A DNA stretch of 64,000 nucleotides, from the NCBI RefSeq assembly GCF_009914755.1, contig NC_060927.1. The stretch is one strand, 5' to 3'. The translations under genes were made by a program, and so were the position numbers. The notes beneath the pieces are model-generated. The model was not told the DNA's origin. It worked only from the letters and a program-made list of their open reading frames with translations, and searched no databases. This stretch comes from the human T2T-CHM13v2.0 reference genome, Homo sapiens. Positions 18,016-29,530 of the stretch are shown here, piece by piece (the stretch's first letter is position 1; every line of letters starts with the position of its first letter).

Positions 18016-18773
18016 CATGTTTTTGTCATACATTAAGGGTTCAAAACAGTTTGATAGAACACAAAATAAAGAGGGGCTGCAGTAGAGTGACATATGTTGC
18101 AGAAACAATTTAATTTACAACAGAATGGTAGAATTTCTTTTCACTGATTGAGAAAAAATATATCACTCAGAGTACATGAAGAAAATGCACTGTGTTGAAA
18201 AAGAATTTATTTATATTTAAAGTAAAGCTTGAAAAAATGAATAGAATTATAACAAATCAGCATTACATGAAGGCAGGGTAAATGGAGTATGTATGTATAT
18301 TTTACATAGATCCAGAAATTGAAGGAGGATTAAAATCATTTATCATGTGCTAAGTCACTTCATGTGTATTTTTTTCCCTCATCCTTCTCATGAAATTCTA
18401 CAGTGGGGACATTATTTCCAAATAAGCTATACCATTGATTAGAGAGATTACAAAGTATACTAAAGATTATTTTCTTCGCAGGTAAAAAACTATCAGGACT
18501 CAAAACAAGGCCTGTCCAATCCCTGATGGTATGCTTTCTTCTGTAACCTGAGATGTTTTCCATTTATTATTACTATTAAATAGAATTATCATGGGAAGCA
18601 TTGATTTCAAGTGTGGGTTTGGTATATTTTGAATGCTCAATGAATGTTAAATGTCATTTTTGGTGCTTTTATATTGTGTTCTCATAAAATAAGAATTTTC
18701 TAGAAAAAGAGAAATAACCAATGAAAAGACAGCAGGATCACCACAACTAGTTGGTTTCTACCTACGTCCTGTG

Positions 18774-18982
18774 TTTCTTTTTTATATTATTATTATTTTG
18801 ATTTTACTTTAAGTTCTGGGATACATGTGCAGAACGTGCAGGTTTGTTACATTGGTATACACGTGCCATGGTGGTTTGCTGCACCCATCAACCCGTCATC
18901 TACATTAGGTATTTCTCCTAATGCTATCCCTCCCCTAGTCCCCCACCCTTCCACAGGCCCTGGTGTGTGATATTCCCTTCCT
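18774..18982 (-). mobile_element. L1PA7/8-like 3' UTR end
   Basis: 'tactttaagttctgggatacatgtgcagaacgtgcaggtttgttac...gcacccatcaacccgtcatctacattagg'. Confidence 0.9.
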
Positions 18983-18983
18983 T

Positions 18984-19136
18984 GCATTAGGAGGGATACC
19001 TATTAGCGTTAGGAGAAATACCTAATGTTGATGACGGGTTGATGGGTGCAGCAAACCACCATGGGACATGTATGCCTATGTAACAAACCTGCATGTCCTG
19101 CACATATATTCCAGAACTTAAAGTATAAAAAAGAAA
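18984..19136 (+). mobile_element. L1PA7/8-like 3' UTR end (opposite orientation)
   Basis: 'ttaggagaaatacctaatgttgatgacgggttgatgggtgcagcaaaccacc...cagaacttaaagtataaaaaag'. Confidence 0.9.
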
Positions 19137-19353
19137 GTTTAATTTAATAATAAATTTTATGTAAAAGAATATATTCACAATACAATTTTAACATGTAATA
19201 CATATATAAATACTAGTGATTTTACATTCTTTTCTTGTAATAAGTACATAATATCTGGTGTATATTTTAAACTTGCAATGCATTCAGTTCAGACTACCTT
19301 TATTTCATGTGTCCAATAGCCACTAGCTAATGATTCTTATATTGGATAGAGCA
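19137..19353. mobile_element. MER33-like hAT-Charlie MITE, left end missing
   Basis: 'ttttacattcttttc...tctggtgtatattttaaacttgca...aatagccactagcta...tattggatagagca'. Confidence 0.65.
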
Positions 19354-19984
19354 TCTTAGAGAATAAATAAATGGCAAAGGTTTTCTTTATTCAAAAGGAC
19401 TTCATGTACTGATATTACAACAATATTTCTGTGGTCTGCTCACAATCATGTTTATGTTGCCTTATTAATCTTATATACTAGAATATACTATTTAATAGTA
19501 GTATATGATTGCATATTCCAGCTTGGTTTATGTCTTCATCATATATTTATTTGTTTTTGCAACTAAAACTTGAATATAACTGCCTGGAAAATCAAGCACA
19601 AACTGCAACATTTTGCAGTAGTTCAATAGTCATAATCAGTAACATTCATCAAAAAGAAAAAGATATGCTCTTGAACATTTTTTGAGTTCTCCTAAAAGAC
19701 ATATAAAAGTAAGCAAGGTCTGCAACTGAAATAAGAATTTATGAATAATCATTCATTTCAGAAATAAACTGTTTAACTACTTTTTAGAAGGAATTTCAGG
19801 ACAAGGGAATAATGCATTTGAGGTCTCCTAACATTTAGAAAATGTAATCATTTTGCCTATACAAATAAAACAAATGGCTAAAGCCAAATAGTATTCTGTA
19901 CTGAATTTTATTTTCTTTGGTCTTCTTTACTTTATCTATCATTATCTTACTCATCTCTTGACATATTGGCCTGGTAGTCAAAAA

Positions 19985-21055
19985 ATCTAACCACTTCCTC
20001 CCACCTCCATGTCTACCATCCTTTTCTGAGCCACCATCATTTTCTGTCTGGAGTACTGAAATAGCCCCTTGAACACTCCCTCCTTCTATCTGTGATTCTC
20101 TACCATCTATTCTGAACATAACATCCAAAAAAACACTCTTTAAAATATGTCAGATTATGTAATTTCTCTGCTAGGACTCATCAATAGCTTTCACATTCTC
20201 TCCGAGAGTAAACAACAGCCCACCAAGCTGTCCATGCCCCAGCCCCTCCATTACCTGAGACTTCAGCTCCTGCAGTTTCTCCCAACTGTCACCATCCTCC
20301 AATCACACAAGTCTCATTGGTGTTTTTGAACAAATCTACAAACTCCATCTTTGGATTGTATGTTCTAGCTATTCCCCCTTCCTGGAATGCTCTTTCTCTA
20401 ATATCTACATGGCTATTTCTCAACTTCCTCAATTTTTTCCTTACTTTCACATTTTCAGTGAAGTCTGCCTTGACCACCATTTTTTTAATTGCAAACTGAC
20501 TCTATCCTTTCACCCAACGCACATTCCTAATCCCACTTTCCTCCCTTTGTCTACCTCTATCTCTCTGTCTCTGGCTCTCTCTTTTATAACACTTGTCATC
20601 TCACATGCTATATAATTTACTAGTTGATTATATCAATTTTATTTTCTGCTTCAGTACATTAGAATGTAAACTCCACCAGGGTAGGGATATTTGTTTTCTT
20701 TTAATATCCCCTGCAAGTTAATGGATGAGTTTTTATTTTTGTGCTTCCATATGGTAGAATATTAAATTTTAGCCTTTATTCCTCACACTTCATCTTCCTT
20801 TATCCTGCTTTATACTTACTATGTATCACTTATATATTGTTTATCACCCTTTAAGAGGCTGTTTACTCTAGTTAGCCATTTTGTTTAATGTTCCTGCTCT
20901 CAGCTGAATACATGTTCCCTGGCAGCTTTATTCCGAAAAAAAAAAAAAAAAAAAGGAATTTGTCTGCTTTGTTCACTGCCGCATCTCCATACCTAACAAA
21001 ATGTAGAGGTGCCATGGTAGATATTCAATGTATACTCGTTGAATGTATAAATGAG
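19985..21055 (+). mobile_element. L2a 3' portion
   Basis: 'aaatatgtcagattatgt', 'ttcctggaatgctctttc', 'tagaatgtaaactccaccagggtaggga', terminal 'gttgaatgtataaatga'. Confidence 0.75.
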
Positions 21056-22955
21056 TTCGAGGCTAGCAATTTCATACTTCAGTGAGGTAACTGGTGCATT
21101 TGAACTGCTGATTAATATCAAGCAACTTTCACTTCCGTGTGAAATCCAGAAGATGTGCACTTCATGGTCCATTCTATGTCATTCATTATATTCTTACCAA
21201 TGAGTACTTGACCTTTCACCATAACTGTACATACATACACTCGGCAATGAACATTAAGGAAAAAATAACTCAATTTGTCATCTTTGATTAATAAATTGAG
21301 GATGTTTTTATTAAGGCATAATTCATCAGGTGATGTGGAACCAGAGTCACTTCTAAATTATTGAGATAGTCTGTAAAGTAGAAGAAATACAAACAGGATA
21401 GGGTAAGGATTAACAAGAGATAATGTATCATGCATACACAGAAATAATCATTTTTTTAAAAAAATATTAAGATAAACCTCTTGGGTTATGGCTTATCAAT
21501 GCTAACCACATTATTCAGTTAGTTAGATATCTAACTAGCAATAATTCACGTGTATTTAAAGCCAAAGCTTTTCTGCAAGGTTGAGGGTGCAGCATGTATG
21601 GGTGCTAGTAAGGAGAAACAGGCTGCTCCAGCATGGACATTCTTAGAGGACACTGTATTTTTTTATGGCTATTTAAACCATTTTACAGTAATAGCAACAG
21701 ATGTGAATAAATAAACCTGAAATCATTGTGTGGAGTTTCATTTGGTACTTTTGCTTCAAGCTAGTTGTTTTGGTTTTTTTCTATATTTATTTATAGCTGG
21801 AAAGCTCCTTCTTATACATTACAAACTGGATGGGATGTTATTATTAGATGTTTGACTGCCGTATTTTAGATGTCAATAATCACACTCTATGTGTTGGTTA
21901 ATTAGAAGATTAAGAGGATATAGGTTTTGCGAAAACTTCAAGGTGCTTTCAAAATTAAATGTGGACAATATTTAATTTGTTACTAAGTACATCATTTTGA
22001 AAACATTCTCCAAAAATAAATATCCTGAAATCAATTATATGTTACCCAAGAAATCTCTGTTTTCTTCACCATGGACTCTTTCATGCAAAGCCTGGATTTA
22101 GACACAAAGAATACTATAAAGCTCATTATCTATTAAATATAATTCGAAAATTTCAAATTCTTAATTCTAAAGTTTAAATATTGGTTGAAAAACAATGAGT
22201 GTTTGGTTGAATATTTAGATTATTACTTTTTTTCCAGTTCACATTTGACATAGACTCAAAGTAACCCAGATTAATAGACAGAAAATTTGGGGCTTTAGGG
22301 CTGGAGGAATTAAATACAGTGAATGTGAGTGACCAGTGTGGCTTCCTGTAAATGAAGGTATTACAATGTCAATATTATTGATCAATTGATTTGCCATTGC
22401 ATAAAATTATCATCTGTGTGCTTTGAAATATGTGTGCTCCAAACGTATTGTACAAGTTTGAATACAATATAAAAATGAAAAGCGGTATCAGCTGTTTACA
22501 TCTTTTACCCATTACTTAGTTGCTGCAGATGGCTTAGAGACCATAAAACATACAGGAGTAAACCATGCCAAAAAGGAATCTAAAAAGTATACACTAAAAT
22601 ATAACCAAAGCAAAATAATGTAGATTCTAAAACAGGAAAAATGATTATTAGTGTTCTATTATTATTACTATTAATTTTATATTAATTAGGAGAAGCATTT
22701 AGAAGAATCTCTTTTGGTTGTGATTTTTTTGTAATTTTGTTTGTCTTTGCTTAAATTAGTCATTAAGTCATTAGAGCTTGTCAATAAAAGAAAATGTAAT
22801 TTTTTTGAAGTTGAAATTTTACACATGCTGAATTTCACAGCAAGATCCCACACTTAGTACATAAAATCCTAATATTAGAGTATACACTAATAATTTGTTT
22901 AAACTTTTATATATATTAATCACTGTTTTGTTTGGAAGTTTTTTATAGATAATTA

Positions 22956-24787
22956 CAGACATGCCTCAAAGATATTGTGGGTTCAGTTCCAGAACACCAT
23001 AATAAAGCAAATATTGCAATAAAGTGAATCACATTTTTTTGGTTTCCCAGGGCATATAAAAGTTATGTTTACACTATATTGTAGTCTGTTAAGTGTCAAA
23101 TAGCATTATATCTTTAAAAATGCACATAACCTAATGTAAAAATATCCGATTGTTTAAAAATGCTAGCAATCATACGGGCCTTCAGTGAAGCATAATCTTT
23201 TTGCTAGTGGAAGCTCTTGCCTCAATGTAGATGACTGCTGGCTGATCAGGGTGTTGGTTGTTGAAGGTTTTTGAGGTAGTAATTTCTTAAAATAAGCTAA
23301 CAATGAAGTTTGCCATATCAATTGATTCTTTGTATTACAAAAGATTACTTCTTGACCCATGGGCTACAGAATGGGTATGTATTAGTAGGCATGAAAACAA
23401 TACTTATCTTCATGTTCATCAGAGCTTCATGTTCATCAGAGCTTCATTCATTTCCATTAGAGCTCCTGAGATATCATGCATTGCCAGTAAGCAGTAGTGT
23501 TTTGAAAGGAATCATTGTTCTGAGCAGTGGGTCTCAACAGTAAGCTTAAAGTGTTCAGTAAGCCATGCTGTAGACAGATATGCTGTCATCCAGGGTTTGC
23601 TTAGCTATTTATAGAGCACTGCAGAGAAGATTTGGCATAATTCTTTAAGGCCCCAGGATTTTCAGAATGGTAAGTGAGCATTAGCTTCAACTTAAAGTCA
23701 CCAGCTGCATTCCCCCATAACAGGAGAATTAGATTGTATTTTGAAGCTTCAAAGCCAAGCATTGACATCTCCTCCCTAGCTATGAAAGTCCCAGATGACA
23801 TTTACTTCCAATAAATAGCTGTTTCATCTACACTGAAAATCTTTTGTTTAGTGTAGTCACCTTCATCAATTATCTTTGCTAGATCTTCTGGATAACTTGT
23901 GGCTTCTACATGGGCATTTGCTACTTTACCTTGAACTTTTATGTTACAGGGAAAGCTTATTTTCTTGAATCTCAAGAACCAATTTCTGCTAGCTTTCAAC
24001 TTTTTTTTTTGCAGCTTCCTCACCTCTCTAAACCTTCAGAGAATTGAAGAGCGTTAGGTCCTTGCTCTGGATTAGGCTTTGTCTTAAGGGAATGTTGTGG
24101 TTGATTTGATCTTCTGTCCAGACCACTAAAACTTTCTCCAGATCACCAATAAGACTGTTTTGCTCTCTTGTCATTTGTGTGCTCACTGAAGTAGCACTTT
24201 TAATTTCCTTCTAAAACTTTTATTTTGCTTTCACAGCTTGGCTAACTTTGGCAAAAGAGGCTTAGCTTTCTGCCTGTCTCAGTCTTCAACATGCCTCCCT
24301 CAGCTTAATCTTTTCTAGCTTTTGATGTAAAGCGAAAGATACGTGATTATTCCTTCCAGTTGAACATTTAGAGTCCATCGTAAGCTTATTAATTGGCCTA
24401 ATTTCAATGTTGTGTCTCAGGAAATAGGGAGGTCCTAGGAAAGGAAGAGAGACAGAGAAGGGCCAGTAAGAAGAGGAGTGAGAATGTACCCAATGCTTAT
24501 TAAGATCTCCATCCTATATGGAAGTGGTTTGTGGCACCCCGAAATAGTAACATCAACAATCTCCAATCACAGATCACCATGAAAGATGTAATCATAATAT
24601 TAAAAGTTTGAAATATTGCTAGAATTACCAAAATATGACACAGAGACAAGAAGTGAGCATATGCTATTGAAAAAATGGCACCAGTAGTGTTGCCACAAAT
24701 TTTCAGTTAGTAAAAAACACAGTATCTGAGAAGTGCAATGAAGTGAAGCACAATAATACAAAGTTGGTGCACATACGAAAAAGCCTG
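22956..24787 (-). mobile_element. Tigger1 DNA transposon, internally deleted
   Basis: ta-cagacatgcctc ... gcctg-ta termini with TA TSD; 1.83 kb versus ~2.4 kb consensus. Confidence 0.9.
23163..24380 (-). pseudogene. Decayed Tigger1 (pogo/CENP-B-like DDE) transposase
   Basis: ORF fragments '[12 protein letters not shown]', '[14 protein letters not shown]', '[24 protein letters not shown]'; frameshifted. Confidence 0.88.
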
Positions 24788-25491
24788 TAAAGATTGTAAC
24801 AAAACATTGGTTTTATTTTTTGACTTAGCATCACAGAAAACTAATAAGCAGCAGAATAATACTTAACCTTAGCTTGTTTTATTCTCATTTTTTTTAAAGA
24901 ATAGTTTTTAAAAGACAGGTTATTTGCCTAAATGTATCATTGATTTTCTCTTTTGTTCCCTAGTCACTAGAACTATTAAATAGCTGCTTTATGATAAATG
25001 TGATTATGACGATGATACTCATCATTAGTAGTAGTAATACTTTACATTCTACAAATTATGTAGAAGTTATAATATCATGTATTGTGAGTATCTTTCAGGA
25101 AGACTTTGAAGAATTTTGAGGGACAGCATATTGCTATACAGCCTTAAGTATATTAGAATATACTATATCTTTGGTTTAGATAAGAAGCTTTAACCACAGT
25201 TAGATTGTAGTTAATTATTCAGTGGCTGCTTATCTCTTTTATGGATAATCCAAGTCCTTTGCTTTTCCTGTCATTAATGTAAAGCTCATTAGTTCCTTTT
25301 CATAGAGTAGACGAGGAGATAAAGCTCAAAGTAGCCTTGGAGGCATTTTGGTATAGAAGGGAGTCAAAATTGTTAACCAGGAGGAAGATCTTGGGACAAG
25401 ATTAGTCAATCACACATTAGAGGCAATTTAGGTAGTTATTTGATAGGGTAAATCAAAGAAAACTTGAACAAATATAATTCCAGTGATCCAA

Positions 25492-25991
25492 TATATTGGT
25501 TTTCTATTGCTGCCTTGACAAATTATCAGCAACATAGTAACTTAAACAACGTAAACCTATTTTGCTGTAATTCTGCAGAAGTCTGACATAGGTGCTGCTC
25601 TGCTAAAATCAAGGTATACTTTCCTTTCTGGAGCCGGTAAAAAAGACTTCATTTTCTTGCCTTTTCCAGTTGCTAAATTAAATAGTCCCCACATTCCTTG
25701 GATACTAACCTCCTTCCTCCATCTTCAATGTCAGTAATGTAGAATCTCTGTGATCCTTCTTCTATTATCACATCGCTCCCTCTCTGAACACAGGTGGGAA
25801 GAGTTCTCCACTGTTAAGAACTTGTGTGCTAAAATTGGCTCACCCAGATAACCTGAGATAATATCTTTATCTCAAGACTTGTATTATTAATTGCATTTGC
25901 AAATTCCCTTTTGCCAAGTGAGATAACATACTCATGGGTTATGGATTACTAAGGCATGAATATATTTAAGAGGTCTTTATTCTGCCTACCA
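25492..25991 (-). mobile_element. MLT1D/E-like MaLR LTR
   Basis: 'tattggttttctattgctgcc...acttaaacaac', 'catttgcaaattcccttttgcca', 'ttattctgcctacca'. Confidence 0.75.
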
Positions 25992-26396
25992 GACTCAGTA
26001 GATCCCAAATTTTCACATTGCTCTTCTTTTTATTTTCTAGGTAAAACATTAAATAATCCTACCAAAATATATGTGTAACCCAAGAGTAATAGTTCTCGTG
26101 TATCATTTTAAAGATACAAATAGCATCACACATAATTCTCACACAGGTTTATAAATTAGGCATTATTATTATCACCACTTTAAAGATTGAGAGAGGGAGA
26201 ATAATCACTTGAATCAAGTAACACAGATTGGACTGAACACAGTGGCATAACCAATGTTCTACTCCAAGTTTTCCTGGCTGTAGATTCTACTCTTGACCCT
26301 CTTCAAGTTTATAAGTAATTCTGAGAAATTTACACCTGGACTCAAATAGCTTTAGTAGATGAAGGCTGTTAAACAGAAGGAGGAAAGAGCCCTAAA

Positions 26397-26572
26397 GCAA
26401 TAGTTCTCAAATATTAGAGGGTATCAAAAGCACGTGGGAGGTCCTGATAGAATGGAGATTGCTGAGTCCCACTTTAAGAGTTTCTGATTCAGCAGATCTT
26501 AGTAGAGCCTGAGAATCTGCATTGCAGCAGCCTGATGCTGAGGTTGCTGGAGTACGCTCTAAGAACCACCAA
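26397..26572. mobile_element. MER5A-like hAT MITE
   Basis: 'agttctcaaa...agagtttctgattcagcagatct...gcctgagaatctgcatt...aagaaccac'. Confidence 0.7.
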
Positions 26573-26640
26573 TATAGTGAATGAAAAGCCTGAGTTAGGG
26601 TAGGGATCTGCCTCAAATGTTTCTGGCAGAAAGTAAACCT

Positions 26641-26853
26641 GAAGGAAGGGATTGAAAGAAAGAACTAAAAAATCAGATAGGGGGAGAAAGAAAGGAAAGA
26701 AGAGAGAAAAGGAAGAAAAGGAAGGAAGGGAGGAAGGAAGGAAGGAGAAAAGAAAAAAGAAGGAAAGAGAAAGAAAAAAAGAGAGGGAGAGAGGAAGGAA
26801 GGGAAGAAAGAAGGAAGGAAGGAAGGAAGGAAAGGAAGGAAGGAAGGAAGGAA
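26641..26853. repeat. Polypurine (GAAA/GGAA)n tract
   Basis: Almost exclusively A/G; two runs of ~5 GGAA at 26812-26853. Confidence 0.93.
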
Positions 26854-29134
26854 ATCATAAAATGTTATAGAGTAGAGAGTATGGAAGAAAGAAAACTAAT
26901 AAACCTGCATAATCCCTATGAAGTAGAGCAAACTTGACCAAGGCCATTAGTTTAATTAGTGGCGGAGCTGGGACTAAAATCCAAGTTGTCACAGATATGG
27001 AAAGATCATTGAAGATAATCATCTGGTTTTAGCCTTTCCTGCGTCTGACACTGTAAATGGATTTAGTCATCTAAACGGTCTCCATTTTCATGTCAGCCAA
27101 TAAGTGAAAGGGTGGCATCCTAGGTCTGTTTGACCAATTGCTTTGAAAAAAGTTCTGGAACACTTGAGGGTATAAAATAAAGAATACAATCTGGTGTTGT
27201 CCCAAATAGAAGGTAAAATGTTTTTTTGAATCCATCATTTTATTAATTTGGGCTGTGTATAAAATACATGCTATTTGAACATCAGGAGGTTTTTGCTAAT
27301 TTTTTTCCTCCCATATAACATCATTTTGGAACAAGGTCTTTGTGTGCTGTTTCTCATGTTTCTAAAACTCCCTGGCAAGGCATGTGCTAACAGCCTGGCT
27401 CCGCTGAGCATCTGGCTGGCACTAAGGCAATCCAGAGAGAGACAGAAGGACCTGCTCTTCATCATCTTTTCAGAAGGATTTAAACTCCATGATGTTTGGC
27501 AGGAAGTAATATCTTTGCTTCATCATTTTCTAACATTGGCATTCCTTTTGAAAACCTATTTATTGAGGTTTCTGAAATGCCTTCTCTCACACTAAGTATG
27601 GTCGTCTAACCTTAAGATAATCAAAAGAACCTGTGAAACATGTGGAGTCAAATGTATGACATGCCTTAAAATTGAGGCGAAGAGGGAAAGTGAGATGAGG
27701 CAGATGTAAGAGCTACAGCTTATGCACTGCATTTCTAGATGTCAGCAATGTTGAAATATGAAGCTTAAAGCAAATGCAGATCAGCAAAGGCTTGGAATAG
27801 AAATAACACTCTATTTCCTGGGATGATTCAGTCAAAGAGGCTATTTATTGCATACATAGTTTCAACATCACGTGCCCATTTCCTTCTATGATTGTTCATA
27901 CATAAATATATTTTACTGGCCCTAAAATTAGCTTGACATTCCCTCAGAATAGGGGGGCAAGTTCACTGAAAAGCCTGCAGTGTCAAGATCTAAACATGCT
28001 AATATTATCCTGGTAACAATTGATGTCTTAACATGAGGTCACCAAAGTATGATATGTGGTCCTCGATTCTTGATTTGAGTCAGAGTTTAAGTGTCACACA
28101 ACTCTCCAGGGCAAAGCTTCATTGAAACGGATGAATGTGTTGATAATGTCTTTCAACAACATGGAGAGGTAAGCACAGCATAATTAGCTCAACCACTGGA
28201 AGTCTTCCATTTTGTTTCTGTGGCAGAAATCTGCCCAGGAATTTTATGGGTTCTGTCTGTTATGGTATGTGTGGGATTTACCCAGGACTCAACTTCAGTT
28301 TCATGACCTTGGGTAAGAATTTAAGTTGATTCAGAGCTCATTGACCGGGAGGCGAAGCTACTCAGATAGAATAAGTAAAAAATCATGCCATGGCCTATAG
28401 GTGTTTCTAGGCTGATGTCTAAAAGATTTCCTGTATATCAAGCCCTCACTGCAGAATCCAATTACCTGTTCTCAGTAAAATTGAAAAGCACTCTTCATTT
28501 GCTTAGCTATTTCTGCTTTTCTCCTTTTCTGCCAGTCATGTGGTCTCCTTACATTCAGCAATCTACTTAAGAAATTGTATTGGAAGGCTGTGCAACAAAT
28601 CTAACCTATCCTCTCGCCTCTCCCCACAACCTACTTTAAGGCAGTTTCTCTCCCTCTTCATGTTCCAACAGTTTATCGTTGCAAACAACAGCATACCCAA
28701 ATGGCTCCTTGCTGCCCTTTAGCTTCATAAATAAGCAATGGGTATAACAAACAGATTTTGCATTCCATCTGCAAGCTCTTCTCTGAGAACCCATAGCGTT
28801 TTAAAACTTCATTCTGAACCCAGGAAATAAATGTAATGAGAAAGACACAAAATTAAGAGTTACCCAGGTAAAAATAAATTGTAAATAAAGTTCATTTATA
28901 TTAGCTATGATCTCAGGAGAGCTGTTTATAGAGTATGAAACAGAACAACTCCATCAATGCAGTGCTCTGAGATCACAAAAAAAGTATATTTTATATAAGA
29001 TTTACTAAGAACTCCTGAGGTTGGCAGTAGTTTCTTCTTCTTCTTATTATTATCATCATCATCATCATTATCATCATGTTTTTCTAATTTAAATCATTTA
29101 AGGTAGTCTAAGTTACCATTTAAGATTTAAGTGT

Positions 29135-29345
29135 AGAATAGCTAACATTTCTAAAGAACTTAGGAGCTTCCAAACATATGTTTGTGCACCATCAAATGTG
29201 TTTTTTGAAATAACTTTGTGAGTTAGCATTATTATATTTCACTTTTCAGATGAGGAATCTGAGGTACAGAAAGTGATGTGGCTTGCCTAGGATCAGACAA
29301 TTGGTGACAGAACTGCCCTAAATCAAATGTTTATTTCACTACAAT
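29135..29345 (-). mobile_element. MIR
   Basis: Core 'cacttttcagatgaggaatctgaggtacagaaagtgatgtggcttgcctaggatc'. Confidence 0.7.
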
Positions 29346-29346
29346 A

Positions 29347-29530
29347 GCAGTTCCAAATCCTGCCTCCAAAGCTTCTGATTATAAGCCCCGGGGAGTTTTA
29401 GAAAAAAATAATGTGTAGGCCGCAACCCAGAAAAATTAAATCAGAATCTCTAGGGGTGTGACACAAGGAATAGTATATTCTAGAAACTCTCTGGAAGATA
29501 CTTACGAGCAGCCAAGGGTGAAACCTACAG
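29347..29530. mobile_element. MER5A-like MITE
   Basis: 'cccagaaaaattaaatcagaatctctaggggtg...gcagccaagggtgaaacc'. Confidence 0.6.

Noticed and set aside
23163-24380. Domesticated TIGD-type transposase gene
   Set aside because: Frameshifts, stops and an internal deletion; TIRs and TA TSD show an ordinary Tigger1 copy
26652-26870. K/E/R-rich 72-aa ORF
   Set aside because: Translation of the polypurine repeat
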